From NCBI RefSeq assembly GCF_009914755.1, contig NC_060929.1: DNA of 64,000 nt; one strand, written 5' to 3'. Within the stretch, counting starts at the first letter, position 1; each line of letters starts with the position of its first letter. Of this stretch, positions 1 through 17,880 are shown in pieces. The notes below the pieces were generated by a model. It saw only the letters and a list, made by a program, of their open reading frames with translations, had not been told where the DNA came from and did not search any database. Both the position numbers and the translations under genes were made by a program. The DNA is from the human T2T-CHM13v2.0 reference genome, Homo sapiens.

Positions 1-44
1 ATATATATATATATTTAGATATTTTTCCTACATTTTCCCTGTAT

Positions 45-76
<32 letters not shown>

Positions 77-109
77 GCTGCATACACTGAGGATTTACAA
101 GTCCCTGCC

Positions 110-225
110 AAGATACAAAAACTGAAGTAGAAAGAGGTAAAATGTCCTGGTCCAGGTCACATGACTATCATGTGACAGAGCAAAGGTTAGAACTCAGATG
201 TTACTGACTCTAAAATCTACACTCT
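110..225 (-). mobile_element. MIR fragment
   Basis: aaaactgaagtagaaagaggtaaaatgtcctggtccaggtcacatgac resembles the antisense MIR core. Confidence 0.65.
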
Positions 226-304
226 GATTCTCAGTATCTGAAATCACGTAAATGTGATTCTTTGTATTTCTGCATTCATTTTGTATTTTTGTATGTAATG
301 TATA

Positions 305-732
<428 letters not shown>

Positions 733-844
733 TAACATTTCAAGTTGGACTAGCACACATCTGGGGGCAATGTTGAGACTGAAGTCAGAGTCTCTCAAAG
801 GGGAGATAAAATTGAGGGGAACAGAGTCATGGGCCATTTTTTAA

Positions 845-1268
<424 letters not shown>

Positions 1269-1329
1269 CCATTTGCTTTCTCTACATATATCTACGTTAC
1301 TACTCTTTTGTCTAAACATTTGGCAATTG

Positions 1330-1963
<634 letters not shown>

Positions 1964-2937
1964 CATTGTAAGTTGCATACATCTTACCCTTTACCCCTAA
2001 ATATTTCAGTATTTCCTAAGAAATAGGATGTTCTGTTTCCTACCCCCAGTATAGTTATCGATGTTGGTAAATTGAACAGAAACATGGAATTTTATTTAAT
2101 CTACTGTCTGTATTTCATTTGTGTCAATTTAGCCAGAAATGTTCTTTATAGCATTCTTTTCTTTCAGTACATGTTCCAGTCTAGAACCTCATACTATATT
2201 TAGTTATTATATGTCCTTAGTCTCCTTGAATCTATAAAGGTTCCCCAGCATTTCTGTGCCTATTATGACATCAACATTTTTGAAGAATGCAGTTGATGGA
2301 CCGTTTTTACAGTTCCTTCTCTCACCTAGAAATTCTCTCTTAGGAGCTGATCAAAATCAAACTAAGAAATTTTTTACACATGTGAGTCTTGGGGACTTCA
2401 GGGTCATTCAAGGCAGAATCAGGCCATAAATAGTAATGCCAGAGATGACAGGATGTGTAGAGGGACAGGGGAAAAATCTTACAGTGAAAGAAGAGTAGGG
2501 GAGTCTTGAAGTATAAGTCCTTTGGGGGTCAGAGGACTTTAGAGAAGCTGATGTTGTAAAAGAAAACAGACTTGTCACCTCTGGCAAAGCCTCAACATAT
2601 GGGTATGTATCCGTCAGGGTTCAGCCAGAGAAGCAGAACAACTGGAAGATAATTAGAATTATCAGGTAAGTGAAGAAATCAAACTAAAGAAAGGATAGAG
2701 TTTCATTTCAGCAGCTTAAAATTTTATATCACAAAGCTGATAATGTTACAACTTAATTATATACCAGACTAATATTCAGAACTAAAGCAGATATATATAT
2801 GTTCTGCTTTAGTCATATATATGTGATTTTAAAATATAAATATATATTCATATATTTAAATGTTTATATGATAAAATACCTAGATATAAACTTATACAAA
2901 ATATATTAAAAAATTTTACCAAAAATTACTAATTTTA

Positions 2938-3384
<447 letters not shown>

Positions 3385-3507
3385 TTAAGTGTTTGGATAT
3401 GCAAAACAGAGGCCTCACCAATTCTCCGTATAAAGATGGGTTTAAGTGTTTAGATTGGGTATGGTCATGGGAGAGTTGAGTTGCTCTGTATGAAAATGAA
3501 AAGAATA

Positions 3508-3800
3508 GGCCGGGCATGGTGGTTCATGCCTGTAATCCCAGCATTTTGGGAGGCTGAGGCAGGCAGATCACCTGAGATCAGGAGTTCGAGACCAGCCTGG
3601 CCAACATAGTGAAACCCCATCTCTACTAAAAATACAAAAATTAGCCAGGCGTGGTGGTACATGCATATAGTTCCAGCTACTAGGAGGCTGAGGCAGGAGA
3701 ATTGCTTGAACCCAAAAGGCGGAGGTTGCAGTAAGCCGAGATCGTGCCACTGCACTCCAGCCTGGGTGACAGAGTGAGACTCCATTTCAAAAAATAAAAA
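3508..3800 (+). mobile_element. Alu (AluS)
   Basis: Full Alu; TSD atgaaaatgaaaa. Confidence 0.95.
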
Positions 3801-4350
3801 ATTACATGAAAATGAAAAAAATAATTTAAAATATTTGGGGGAATACCAAGACAGAGCAGCACAAACCAGCAGAGTGGAGCACTGCATAGGTAGAAAGGGG
3901 AGATTTTAGGTCCCTTAGGACAGGTGGCTGTTTTTTCAAACGCCTTCTTAAAATCACAAGGCACACAAAGAAACAGGAAAATATGGCCTGATCAAAGTCA
4001 ACAAAATAAATCTCCAAAAACCAACTCTAAAGAAACACAGGTTTCAGGCTTACTAAACAAAGACTTTAAAACAATGGTCTTTATTAAATATACTCAATGA
4101 GACACTGAATTAAAGGAAGCAGGAAAACAATACATGAACAAAATAGGATATCAGCAAAGAGACAAATTATTTTTAAAAAGAACCATACAGACATCCTAGA
4201 GTTGAAAAATAAGCTAACTGAATTGGAAAATTAACTAGAGGGGTTCAAAATCAGAATTGAATGGGCAGAAGAATCAGTGAACTTGAAGAAACATCATTTG
4301 AAATTATCAAGTCTGAGAAGCAAAAAGAAAAAAACAATGAAGAAAAGTGA

Positions 4351-4769
<419 letters not shown>

Positions 4770-5291
4770 TAAAAATAGACACTAAGTAAAAATAAAACTG
4801 TTACAAGAAACAGGAGAATATTATATAATGGTGAAAGGGTCAATTCACCAAGAAGATATAACAATTAAAAACATTTATGCAATAAATATTAGAGCCTAAA
4901 TATACATAGCAAACATTGACAGAATTGAAGACAGAAATAGACAACTTGAAAAAATAGTAGGAGACTTCAGTACTACCCTTTCAATAACGGATAGAACAAC
5001 TAGACAGAAGATCAATAAGGAAATACAAGAACTTGAACAACACTATAGACGAAATGGCCCTAACAGACATAAACAACACAATCCACCTAACAATAGAATA
5101 TACTTTTTTTAAAGTGCATTATGAAACATTCTCCAGGATAGAGGATGTGTTAGGCCACAAAACAAGTCTTAATGAATTTTAAAAGATTAAAATCATACAA
5201 AATATTGTTTCCAATCACAATGGAAAGAAACCAATAGCAAAAGTTGTGCTGAAAAATCCACAAATACATGAAAATTAAACAACACATTCCT

Positions 5292-5440
5292 TAATCCCAG
5301 ATACTCAGGAGGCTGAAGTGGAAGGATCACTTGAGCCCAGGCATTTGAGGCTGCAGTGAGCTTTGATCATGCCACTGCACTCCAACTTGGATGATGGAGC
5401 AAGAGCTCATCTCTAAAGAAAACAAAAGAGAGAACAAAAC
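5292..5440 (+). mobile_element. Alu monomer (FRAM/AluJ right arm)
   Basis: taatcccagatactcaggaggctgaagtggaaggatcacttgagcccagg. Confidence 0.85.
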
Positions 5441-6386
5441 AATACACTCTCAAATAACAATGGGTCAAAAGAAAAAAATCACAAGGGAAATTAGAAAATA
5501 TCTTCAGACAAATGAAAATAAAAACAAATGTACCAAAATGTATGGGATGCAGCAAACATAGTACTAAAAAGGAAATTTACAGCTGTAATTGCTTGCATAC
5601 CAAATAAGAACCCAAATCAACAATGTAACTTTACACCTTAAGGAACTAGAAAAATAACAAATGAAACTGAAACCTCGCAGAGGAAAAGAAATAATGAAGA
5701 TTTGAGCAAAGATCAACAAAATAGAGAATAGAAAACAACTTTTAAAATTAAAAAACAAGAGTTGGTTCTTCCATAAGATCAGCAAAACTGCCAACTGACT
5801 AAGAAAATAAGAGAGAAGTCTCAAATAACTAAAATCAGAAATGAAAGGAGACATTGCTGCTGCTTTTACAGAAATAAAAAGGATCATAAGCTAGTAATGT
5901 GAATACCTATATGATGAAAAATTAGATAACTAGATGAAATGAATAAAATCCTAGAAATACACAATCTACCAAGAGTGAATCTGGAGAAACAGAAAACTGG
6001 AATAGACTACAATTAATAAGGAGATTGAATCTATAGCCAAAAACCTTTCAACAACAACCAAAAAAAAAAACAAAACCCTAGAACAAGATGGTTTCACTAG
6101 TAAATTCTACCAAACATTTATAGAAAAATTAACAGCAATCCTCCTAAACTGTTAAAAAGACTGAAGAGAGGACACCCCCCACTTATTCTATAAGACCAGC
6201 ATTACCCTAATATAAAAGCCAAACAAATACACTACAAGAAAAGAAAACCACACAGACCAGTATCCCTGGTAAACACTGAAGTGAAAATCCTTAACAAAAT
6301 ACTAGCCAACAGAATTCAACAATGCTTTAAAATTACTACATACCACGACCAAGTGGGATTTATTTCTGGAGTGCAAGGATGATTTA

Positions 6387-6700
<314 letters not shown>

Positions 6701-7139
6701 TGCATTTCTCCACATAAATAGAATTAAACACAAAACCACATGATCATCTCAATTGATTCAGAAAGAACGTTTGACAAAATTCAACATATTTTCATGATAA
6801 AAAGTACCCAGCAAACTAGAAATAAAAGAGAACTACCTCAATATAATAAAAGCCATATATGTAAAGCTTACAGCTAACACGTTAAATGGTTAAAGACCAA
6901 AAGGTCTAGGATCACAAACAAGAATAAAGATGCCTGCTTTTGCCACTTCTATTCAACATAGTACTGGAAGTCCTAACTGGAGCAAGCAGGTAAGAAAAAG
7001 AAATAAAAAGCATCTAAATTGGAAAAAAAACACATAAAATTATCTCTCTTCTCAGATTACACATTTAATGTAGGAAACCCTGAAGAGTCCACTAAAAAAC
7101 AAACGAACAAACAAACAAAAACTGTTAGAACAATCACTA

Positions 7140-7460
<321 letters not shown>

Positions 7461-8159
7461 GCAAAAATTAAAATTGAAATGATAATGAGATGCTACTTCA
7501 TACCCATTATGATGGCTACTATTTAAAAAATGAGCAGAAAATAAAAAGTGTTGGCAAGGGTGTGTAGAAATTGAAACCATTGTGCACTATTGGTGGGAAT
7601 GGAAAATGGTGAAGTCACATTGGAAAACAGTATGGCAGTTTCCCAAAAAGTTAAAAATAGAATTACCATATGATAAAGCAATTCTGTTTTGGGGTATAGA
7701 CCCAAACAGAATTGAAAAGCAGGGTCTCAAGGAGATCGCCATATACCCATGTTCACAGCAGCATTATTCACAATAGGGAAAAGATGGAAGAAATCCAAGT
7801 GTTCAGTGACAGATGAATGGGTAAACAAGATGTGATAAATACATATAATAGAATATTATTCAGCTTTAAAAAGAAATTCTGACACATGCTACAACATGAG
7901 TTTGAACTTTGAACACATTTTGCAAAGTGAAATAAACCAGTTACAAAAACAGAAATGCTGTATAATTCCACTTATATGAGATTTCTAGAATAGTCTAATT
8001 CATAGAAACAGAAAGTAGAATAGTGGTTGCCAGAGGCTGAGGGAAGGGGAGAATTCCAGGGAGTTACTGTTTAATGGGTATTGAGTTTGAGTTCAGCAAG
8101 ATAAACAGTGTTCTGGAGACAGATGGTGGTGATGGTTGCAGAACAATGTGAATGTACTT

Positions 8160-9683
8160 TGTAAACCAAAAATAAAATTCTAACCACCTCCTGCCCCACC
8201 ATCTGAATGGACTTCTCTTGGCAAGAGCATTCCAAGGCTAACCAGGGGGACTGGTTCTGACCATAATGGGAGGCAGGGAGCAGACATGTCTCATTATGCC
8301 CTCTTCCCTTTCAAAATTACTGAATAGAACAGACTGTTGAAGTCTGATGAAAAACATTTACAATCTGTTCTCTCTGAAGCCTGGTACCTGGAAGCTTCAT
8401 CTGCATGATAAAACTTTGGTCTCCACAACTCCTAATCATCACAACCCAGACGTTCCTTTCTACTGATTCCAGGTCTTTAGATAATAACATAACTCTTTCG
8501 ACCAATTGCCAAATAGAAATTTTTTTAATCTACCTATAACCTGGAAGCGCCCCCTCCTTCAAGTTGTCTGGCCTTTCCAGACTGAACCAATGTACATTTT
8601 ACATGTACTTTATTGATATCTCATGTCTCCCTAAAATGTATAAAACTAGGCCATGCCCCAACCACCTTGGGCACATTATTAATAGAGACAGGAGGCAGAG
8701 AAATCATAGTCAGATAGGGTGGGTCCCTGGTGAAACCCCACCTTCCAGCCCAAAACAGCCTGAAACTCACAGAGCAGAGTGAGACCTTCTATTCCTGTTT
8801 GCCTGCTCTCTCCCAATTGGATCTTTCTGAATAATGCCTTTTAACCAAACAAATGTTGCTTTTTCCTGTACTACCTACAGCCTGTGCCACCCCCATCATG
8901 TGTCTCTAAAGACCCCAGACTCAGTCAGTAGAGGGGAGATGGCCTGACTTTGGGGAGGAGACAGCCTGACTTCAGGGAAGAAATGGCCTGACTTCGGGAC
9001 AAAGACCTCCTGACTTCAGGGGAAGACAACGAGCGGCCCTTCCCATCCCCTCTCCAACTCCCCTCTCCGCTGAGAGCTGTTTTCATCACTCAATAAAATT
9101 CTCTGCCCCCACCGTCCTTCAATCGGCAAGTGTGACCTCATTCTTCTTGGACGCTGGATAAGAGCTCAGGCCCCACCAAGTGTGGGTACCCAGAAGGGTT
9201 GTCACACTGGCCCTTTGCCCTCGCTGGCAGAGTGCAGCCACCCCACGCAACAGGGCCAGGGGCCGACTGAGCCGCTAACAATCTGTGGTCCATCAGGCTG
9301 TGGGCAGCAGAACTAAAAGAGCTAATTAGCACATGAACACAGCCTCTGGGGCTTCAGGGTCACAGGCACCCTTGTCTGGGTGCCACGGCATTCCCCTCAA
9401 GGCAACATGCCTGGTCTGGCCATGGGTGCTGCGTAGAGCTTGCTCCCGTATCAGCACCCAGAGCAGCCAGCCGGATCCCGCACTCACTCACCCACTCACG
9501 TACTCCCTCCCACAAGAGGGCTGAGTGCGGCAGGCCAAGTAGATGGGGCACCCCTGCCGTGAGTCCAGCAAAGGGTCGGAGAAAAATCCTGCATCATTGT
9601 CGGAACTTGCTGAGGCTGTTTAACCTTGGCAAAATAAACTTTCCACGTTGATTGAGATCTGTCTCAAATACTTTGGATTCACA
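8160..9683 (+). mobile_element. ERV1 solo LTR, MER4 group
   Basis: tgtaaaccaaaaataaaattctaa...tttggattcaca; TG..CA termini; 4-bp TSD actt. Confidence 0.85.
8680..9596 (+). mobile_element. ERV1 solo LTR, MER50-like, nested in MER4
   Basis: taatagagacaggaggcagagaaat...gaaaaatcctgcatca; internal aataaa; TSD ttat/ttgt. Confidence 0.8.
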
Positions 9684-9779
9684 ACTTAACACCACTTAAC
9701 TGTACACTTAAAAATGGTTAAGATGGTAAAACTTATGTTGTGTGTATTTTATGACAATTTTAAAACTAAGAAAAAAAAT

Positions 9780-10285
9780 ACATACTAAATTGTTAACAGT
9801 GGTTACCACTGAAGAAAAAGACAAGGTGAGAAGGAAACACTTTCGGTTTTCACAATTCTAAATTGTTGGAACTGTTTTTATAATTAATAAACCTTGTATT
9901 AGGGAAACAATTTTAAACATAGAAAAATTTCATGTACAAAATTATTCCCTACAGTATTAGTTAACAGTGATAAATTAGAAGCAACCTAAAAGTCCTCCTA
10001 TTGCAAAGTAATGGTTATGTAAACCATAGCATGTCCACTTAATTAAATGTCATATAGCCATCAAAATCCTCAAAACAGTAAAGGGAGGTTCATATGACAG
10101 GATATATAAATGTTACTTTGCAGCTCGGTTTTTAAAAAGGATAGAAAACCAGCTAAATGGAAAGACACCAAAATGTAAAACATAATTGTGATTGGATAAT
10201 GGCTGTTTATTTCCTTCTTCCTTTCTGTATTTTCCAATTTTAAAAATACAGACAGGTATTACTTTATTATAAACTGTATTTTAAA
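9780..10285 (+). mobile_element. L1ME-like 3' end fragments
   Basis: actaaattgttaacagtggttacc, ttagaagcaacctaaa, tttctgtattttccaatttt motifs. Confidence 0.55.
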
Positions 10286-11338
10286 AAATGTTAGAAGATA
10301 GAAACAAATTGAACAAAACTGCAGGATACAAAATCAAAACACAAAAATCAGTTGGGTTTCTAAACACCAACAATGCACAATTTGAAAAGGAAATTAAGAA
10401 AACAATTCCATTTGCATAGCATCAGGAAGATGCAAACACTTAGGAATAAGGTAAACCAAGGAAGCAAAAGACACACTGAAAACTACAAAATGTATTTTAA
10501 AGAAATTAAAGAAGACACCAATAAACGGGAACACATCCTGTGTTCATGGATTGGATAACTTAATATTGTTAAGGTGTCAATACCACCGAAAGTGATACAC
10601 AAATTCAATGAAATCCCTGTCCCAACCTCAATGACTATTTTTATAGATTTTTTTTAGATACTAAAATTCATAGGCAATCCCAAGGGACCCCAAATAGCCA
10701 AAACAATCTTGTAAAAATAACAACGTGGGAGATCCCATATTTCCTGATTTCAAAACTTACTGTACAGTAACCAAAACAGTGTCATGCAAGCATAAAGACA
10801 GACATGTAGAACAATGAAATAGAATAGAGAGCCAAAAATAAACCATTGCTTATACAGTCTAATGATTTTTGACAAAAGTGTCAAGACCATTCAAAGGGGA
10901 ATGGGCAGTCTTTTCAACAATGGTGTTGGAAAAGCTGGATATCCACATGAAAAATAATGAAGTTGGACTCTTATCTTATACCATAAACAAAAATTAACTA
11001 AGAATAAATCAAAGACCTAAATATAAATCTTGGAAGAAACTTAAACTCTTAGAAGAAAACATAGGAGGAATACTTCATGACATTGGATTTGGCAACGATT
11101 TCTTATACATGACACCAACAACACAGGTAGCAAAAGAAAAAGATAGACTACATCAAAATTTAAAACTTCTGGGTATCAAAGAACAAAATCAACAGAGTGA
11201 AATAGGAACACATAAAACAGAAGAAAATATTTGCAAATCATATATCTGATAAAGGATTAATAGCCAGAATATATATAGAAATCCTACAACTCACCAATGA
11301 CAACAACAAAAAAAAATCGGATTTAAAAAATAGGCCAA

Positions 11339-11643
11339 GGCCAGGGCGTGGTGGCTCACACCTGTAATCCCAGCACTTTGGGAGGCCAAGGGAGTGGATC
11401 ACCTGAGGTCAGGAGTTCAAGACAAGCCTGGCCAACATGGGGAAACCCGTCTCTAAATAAATAAACAAATAAACAATCAGCCAGGTGTGGTGGTGGGCAC
11501 CTGTAATCCCAGCTACTCAGGAGGCTGAGGCAGGAGAATCACTTGAACCCAGGAGGTAGAGGTTGCAGTGAGCCAAGATGGCGCCATTTTACTCCAGCTG
11601 GGCAACAGAGCGGGACTCCATCTCAAAAAAAAAAAAAAAAAAA
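11339..11643 (+). mobile_element. Alu
   Basis: Full Alu, tandem with next. Confidence 0.95.
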
Positions 11644-11645
11644 TA

Positions 11646-12034
<389 letters not shown>

Positions 12035-12261
12035 TTATGAGAAAGCAAATCAAAACCATAATGAGGTACCACCTTACACCCATTAGGATAGCTATTATCA
12101 AAAAAGAAAAACAAAAGAAAAAAGCAAATGTTGGCAAGGATGTGGAGAAATTGGAGCCCTTGTGCCCCGTTGGTGGGAATGTGAAATGGGGCATTTGCTA
12201 TGGCAAACAGCATGGCAGTCTCTCAAAAAATTCAAAATAGAATTATCATATGATCTACCAA

Positions 12262-12747
<486 letters not shown>

Positions 12748-13062
12748 TGACACATGCTACAACATGAACCTCAAGGCTGTCACGCTAAGTGAACCTTGAA
12801 GACATTATGTTAAGTGAAATAAGGCAGTACCAAAAGGATGAATACTATATAGTTCTTCAAATTCATAGAGTCAGAAACTAAAATGGTAGTTGCCAGGGCC
12901 TGCAGGTAAGGAGGAATAGATGAGTTATTGTTTAACGGGTACAAAGTTTTATTTTTTGCAAAATGAAAAGTTTGAGAGAGAATAGTGGCCATGGTTTCTC
13001 AACAGTGAGAATGTACTTAATGCCACTAAACTGTACACATAATAAAACAGCTAAAATGGTAA

Positions 13063-14602
13063 ATAAGGAAAAATCAACTGTTTTTCCTCTTAATGCTTCA
13101 TTTCTGTCAGCAGATATATAGGGGTGGGGGTTCCCCCCAACAATCAATTCTCCAACACGAACCAATTCTCTGATACCTACTATTCAATTTAATTCTGACA
13201 CTAAAGAGTTAGCACAAACCCCAAGGGTTAAGGACACAGTCCCACAAGACTGCTCCACTTCAGATGCCAATCACAAGTCCCACATTGTCACCTGTACTTC
13301 TGACCAGCTGGCTATAAAATCTGGGCTTCCACAGTCCCATCCTCAGGTTCAATAATTTGCTAAGACAGCTCATAGAATTCAGAAAAACACTTACCCACAT
13401 TTACGGGCTTATCTTATAATAAACGATGTGTGATAAAGGACACGAATAAATAGCCATATGAAGAGAGACATAGGGCAAGGTCTGGAAGGGTCCCGAGAAC
13501 AAGAGTCTGTCCCCATGGAGTTGAGGTGCACCACCCTCCCAGCATGTGGATACATTCACCAACCTGGAAGCTCTCTGAACTCTTTTAATTCAGGGATTTT
13601 TATAGAGGCTTCGGATACCGAACCAGGCTTACTCTTCCCCCTTGTTCAGTAAGCCAATCACTGAAATGACAAGTTTTGCCATAGAGAAAACACTTTATTT
13701 GCAGGGCGGCCCAGCGAGGGGATGGGAGAACAGCTCTGGAATCTACCTCCCTGAATACAGGGCTCGAGGACATTCATGGGATAAAGAAGTGGGGTGGTCT
13801 AAGGCATGGGGAAAGGTGACTGGAGGTGGGAAAAATGAGGAAATCGGTGGTCTGCACAAGCATAGCCAGGGTTCTTGGCAGTTTAGAGGACACATATTCA
13901 GAAAATGGCAGTGTTAGCATGAGCTGAGGGAGGAATTTTTGGCCCTTTGACATCTCGCACACTTGTGCAGGCCCAGCCGAAGGGTCAGTGGTCTCAACTG
14001 GTTCAAACTGGACAAGAGCTTCCCCCTAGCTCCTGAGAAACAACTTTAAGCAGCCATTACCATAGTGACATGTATATTAGAAACGTTATCCGTAAGGAGC
14101 TAGTGGGAGTTTACTAAGATATTGTTTGGCTATGTGATTTTTAGCTATATAGGTTTTCAGGTCAACCAGAAGTCAGCGATGAAAAGCAAGCAAGGCAGGT
14201 TACATTTGGTGGGCTTAATCAGGCTAGCCCTCTATCTCACTTCATCACATAGGCATGATCCATTATTAACAGTCTCCAGTCCCTCCCTGCTTCCCAGAGA
14301 ATGGGTGGTGGGGATGAAAATTTCAAGCTTCTAATCATCCCCTAATCTTTCTGGTGACCAACCTCTGTATAGGAGCCCATCAAGAGTCACCTCATTAAAA
14401 CAAAAGACACCCCTATCACCCAGGAATGTTCAAGGGATTAAGAGCTCTGTCAGAGACTGATGCCAAAGACCAACTGTTACAACAAAAGATTCTCCTAGCA
14501 ACTCTATTGCTCAGGAAATTACCAGGGTTTAAGGAGCTCTGTGCCAGGAACTGGGGACAAAGTCTAAAATATATATTTCTTATTATAAATCACAGTATCA
14601 CA
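13063..14602 (-). mobile_element. MER21-type solo LTR
   Basis: Reverse complement of the right end is tgtgatactgtgatttataataag (MER21 start); cagtcccacaagactgctccacttcagatgccaatcacaag. Confidence 0.8.
13613..14239 (-). mobile_element. ERV1 solo LTR nested in MER21 (subfamily uncertain)
   Basis: 4-bp TSD cttc; ends in ca; antisense aataaa near 13695; host resumes after it. Confidence 0.7.
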
Positions 14603-15386
14603 GGTGGTAAATTTTTGTTATGTATATTTTGCCACAAAATTTTTAAAACTTTCTTAAAAAAATACTTGCCATGGGGACCTCTCTCCCTTTTTGCCAATCT
14701 TAAAGTATCTTTAACAGAGGCCACATTGGTCACTAAAGCTTTCTTGTAAAAGTGGATGTTTTGGGGAGAACCTGAAAGCCGTGGCTGAACTCTATGTCTG
14801 CTTTACACAAGGCAAAAACAGAAGCCAGAGTTGAAAACAAAGCAGGATGAGAGTATAATTCCCCAGGAATTAACAAAAATTCCTGGAATAACTCCAGACT
14901 TTCAAAGCCACAGAATTAGTAGGATCAAAGCTGACAATTTTTAAGGGCTAAAGCTGAATCGAGCTCTGGTTATACGAATAAGTAGAGAATTGCACTAAAA
15001 TATATATTATGTGCTGAAAGGTTGGAGTTAGAAAATAGCAAGGCTCAGAGAAGAGTGGAGGGGTGCAGATGGTCCATGATGGGTGGTGAGATCTGCTAGG
15101 CTGGAGGGTAAGAGAGGTGCTTTTAGGTGCAGGCTCTTTCTTCTTTGTGTCCCCTCCACGAACCTCAAAAGACCATAGTGACTGTTCCATAGCTATGTGA
15201 TCCAAGTCAGGAACTCAGCTAATGAACATTCTCAGTGCCCAGGTGCCTGAGGCAGGTGTGTGGTTCAGATGATGGAGAAATCTCTCTTTCTTCTGAGAAA
15301 CTCTAGTAGCCCATGAGTGAGTTCAAGCTTGACTTTATGGGACATTTTTCTACTTTCCAGCTCATTTGTCATGTGGGGATCCTCTG

Positions 15387-15979
15387 TGTTGGGAACCGAT
15401 GCTTGGTATCACAAAAATCAACACTGAGACAAAGTATCTCTCTGCAAGGCTAGTTTACTTTCTGCAGAAAGGGTGCCGCTCGCTAGCAGTCTCGCCATGA
15501 GAGCACACACGAACAAAGGAGACAGGGTCATTTATAACCTGAAGTGTCCACCCTTCTGCTGTGTCCAGTTTCCACTGGCTGGAACAGGACCTCACATTCT
15601 GTACTCTACCCGAATGGCTAGCAACTTAGAACTTCTCAAAAGAGGCAAACGCAGAGAAGAACAAAGGAAGAGAGGAAGTAACTTATGGAATGCTGAGAGA
15701 GGCAAAAACACTTCCAAATAAGGAAAAGGAGTAGGCTGTGACCTAATGCTTGCTTGGACTGGTTCAGGCATGCCAGGGCAAATATCTAGGCTAAAATGTA
15801 AGAGCTAAGAACAGAGTATATTGATTTCTTTATTACAGCTAACAGAATTTAAGAATATCAGCACAGGTCTCTGAGTAAATTTTGCTTCTAAGAGAGGTTA
15901 CTATCTATTCTTAATTAGACTATTAGACTGGGAGGAAAGTCCCTTTGAAGAGGAACCTGTATTTATTTAATTTTCTACA
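15387..15979 (-). mobile_element. LTR10 (HERV-I) solo LTR
   Basis: tgttgggaac...caaggctagtttactttctgcagaaagggtgc...tttctaca; 5-bp TSD ctctg. Confidence 0.85.
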
Positions 15980-17577
15980 CTCTGTTTCTCCACTCCCTCC
16001 AGAGGAATCTGCTTCTATCAATATTGGGTAGGTGATCCCTAGACTTAGCCTCCAAAATGAACTGATTCTTGTTGTCTGTTCCTCTTCCCACTTTACTAAA
16101 TCATTTACAGAGATGCCTCAAAGGGGAACGCACAAGGTACAGCAGAACATCACCCTTCTAGGGGAACAGGATAGAATGAGGAGGAGTCAGAATGGCAACT
16201 AGAGCTTTGTTTCAAAGCCCACAGTCAAATCCAGAGGCTGTATAGAGAGAGGACTCTGTCTCAAAATCTCTGGTGTCTGAGATTCTGGATTGGATAATTA
16301 AGAAAGTTCAGGGTACTTGCAGCAGAACAGAATCCCACAATACTTGCTTCTCAGTTACCTTCCCATATGGAGTCTTGGTCTTTGGGCCAAGCCTTTGTGT
16401 CAGGGTTAATCTGGAAAGCAATTCTCATCCTGCAAAACTCTCTCAGCAGATTCCAAAAACTCACTCTGACCTTGGAGACCAGAATCCTACCTGCTGGAGC
16501 AAATTGCATCTCGAGTTTTGAGAATCAGCACCCTTATTAAGCAGAGAATGACTGAAAGATCATTGAGGATCACATATCAAAGGCACTTTATTTGAAATTT
16601 TCAAAGAATCAACAGAAAATATTTTTATCTACTTTAAATGAATGACAGAAAAGAACACAGAGACCCATGAATTCAATGAAAAAGACATATTATTCATGAA
16701 TAATGAACGACTGCTGTAGCCCAGAGAAATGATGGTAAGAACTGATTCCCAGCCTTTCATTCTTGTCTTTTAGTGTCAACAGAGTAAAGAAAAGTGATGG
16801 CCTCACCTGACCCTACACTGTCTCGTGACATCAAGCTCTCACCAAATGTGACCCACCCCTTGGATCCCTGATTCATTCACCTGGCACCCTCCACTTTTAA
16901 AGTATTCTATCCTACCACTGCCAGACTCCACCTTAAGTCCCAATCTGGTGTGATTTCCACATGACTGAACACCATTCCAGAGAGCTCATCTCTAGCTGGC
17001 ACCCCTGGTTGGCCTCCTCTGTTCTAACATTCCTAAGCATGGACCACTCATACCTGCATGTTTCACATTTCCCTGAGGGCTGGCATCTCGTACCTCCTCC
17101 ACCAGGTTTTTGAGCAAGAGCTTCTTTCACTTCAACCCCCTCTGGGGAGACTCTGTAAGCAGGCCTATGGGAACAAACAGCATCTTTGTCCTCACCCTTT
17201 ACATCCAAGTACATCTGAAGATATCTGTTATAAAGAGAGTGGATTTCTAAACTTTGGAAATTGGAAATTTCCTTAGTCCAATAATCCTTTAGGGGCACTA
17301 TGGGTCATCCTGGCTGTATCCCCATCTCTTCAGATTGCCCACTAACCTAGATCAATGGGCCTACTAAAGCAGCTTTTGTTCTAATAACTGAGTTTTTGGT
17401 ACATTTCTTATCTCCAAGCACCCACCTTGCAGACCAGTGGAAGTGACTAAGATGCTTCTCTCTCCTGAGTGTGAGACTTTGCCCCAGTTCCCTTTCTCAT
17501 AATCCAAATCTTACAGGACTGGGATCTGTCTTGTCTCAGTCCTGATTTCTTTTCAAAACCCGGATTCTGTTTCTACT

Positions 17578-17880
17578 GGCCGGGCACGGTGGCTCACACC
17601 TGTAATCCCAGCACTTTGGGAGGCTGAGGCAGGTGGATCACCTGAGGTCAGGAGTTTGAGACCAGCCTGGCCAATACAATGAAACCCCATCTCTACTAAA
17701 AATACAAAAATTAGCCAGGCATGGTGGTTTGTTCCTGTAGTCCTGGTTACTTGGGAGGCTGAAGCAAGAGAATCGCATGAACCTGGGGAGGCAGAGGTTT
17801 CAGTGAGCCGAGATCTCACCACTGCGCGATCGCCAGCCTTGGCGACAGAGAGAGACTCTGTCTCAAAAACAAAAACAAAA
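17578..17880 (+). mobile_element. Alu (AluS)
   Basis: Full Alu; long TSD ggattctgtttcta. Confidence 0.95.

Noticed and set aside
8938-9025. Four copies of a cctgactt-containing unit of about 22 bp
   Set aside because: Internal to the MER50-like LTR and probably a family feature
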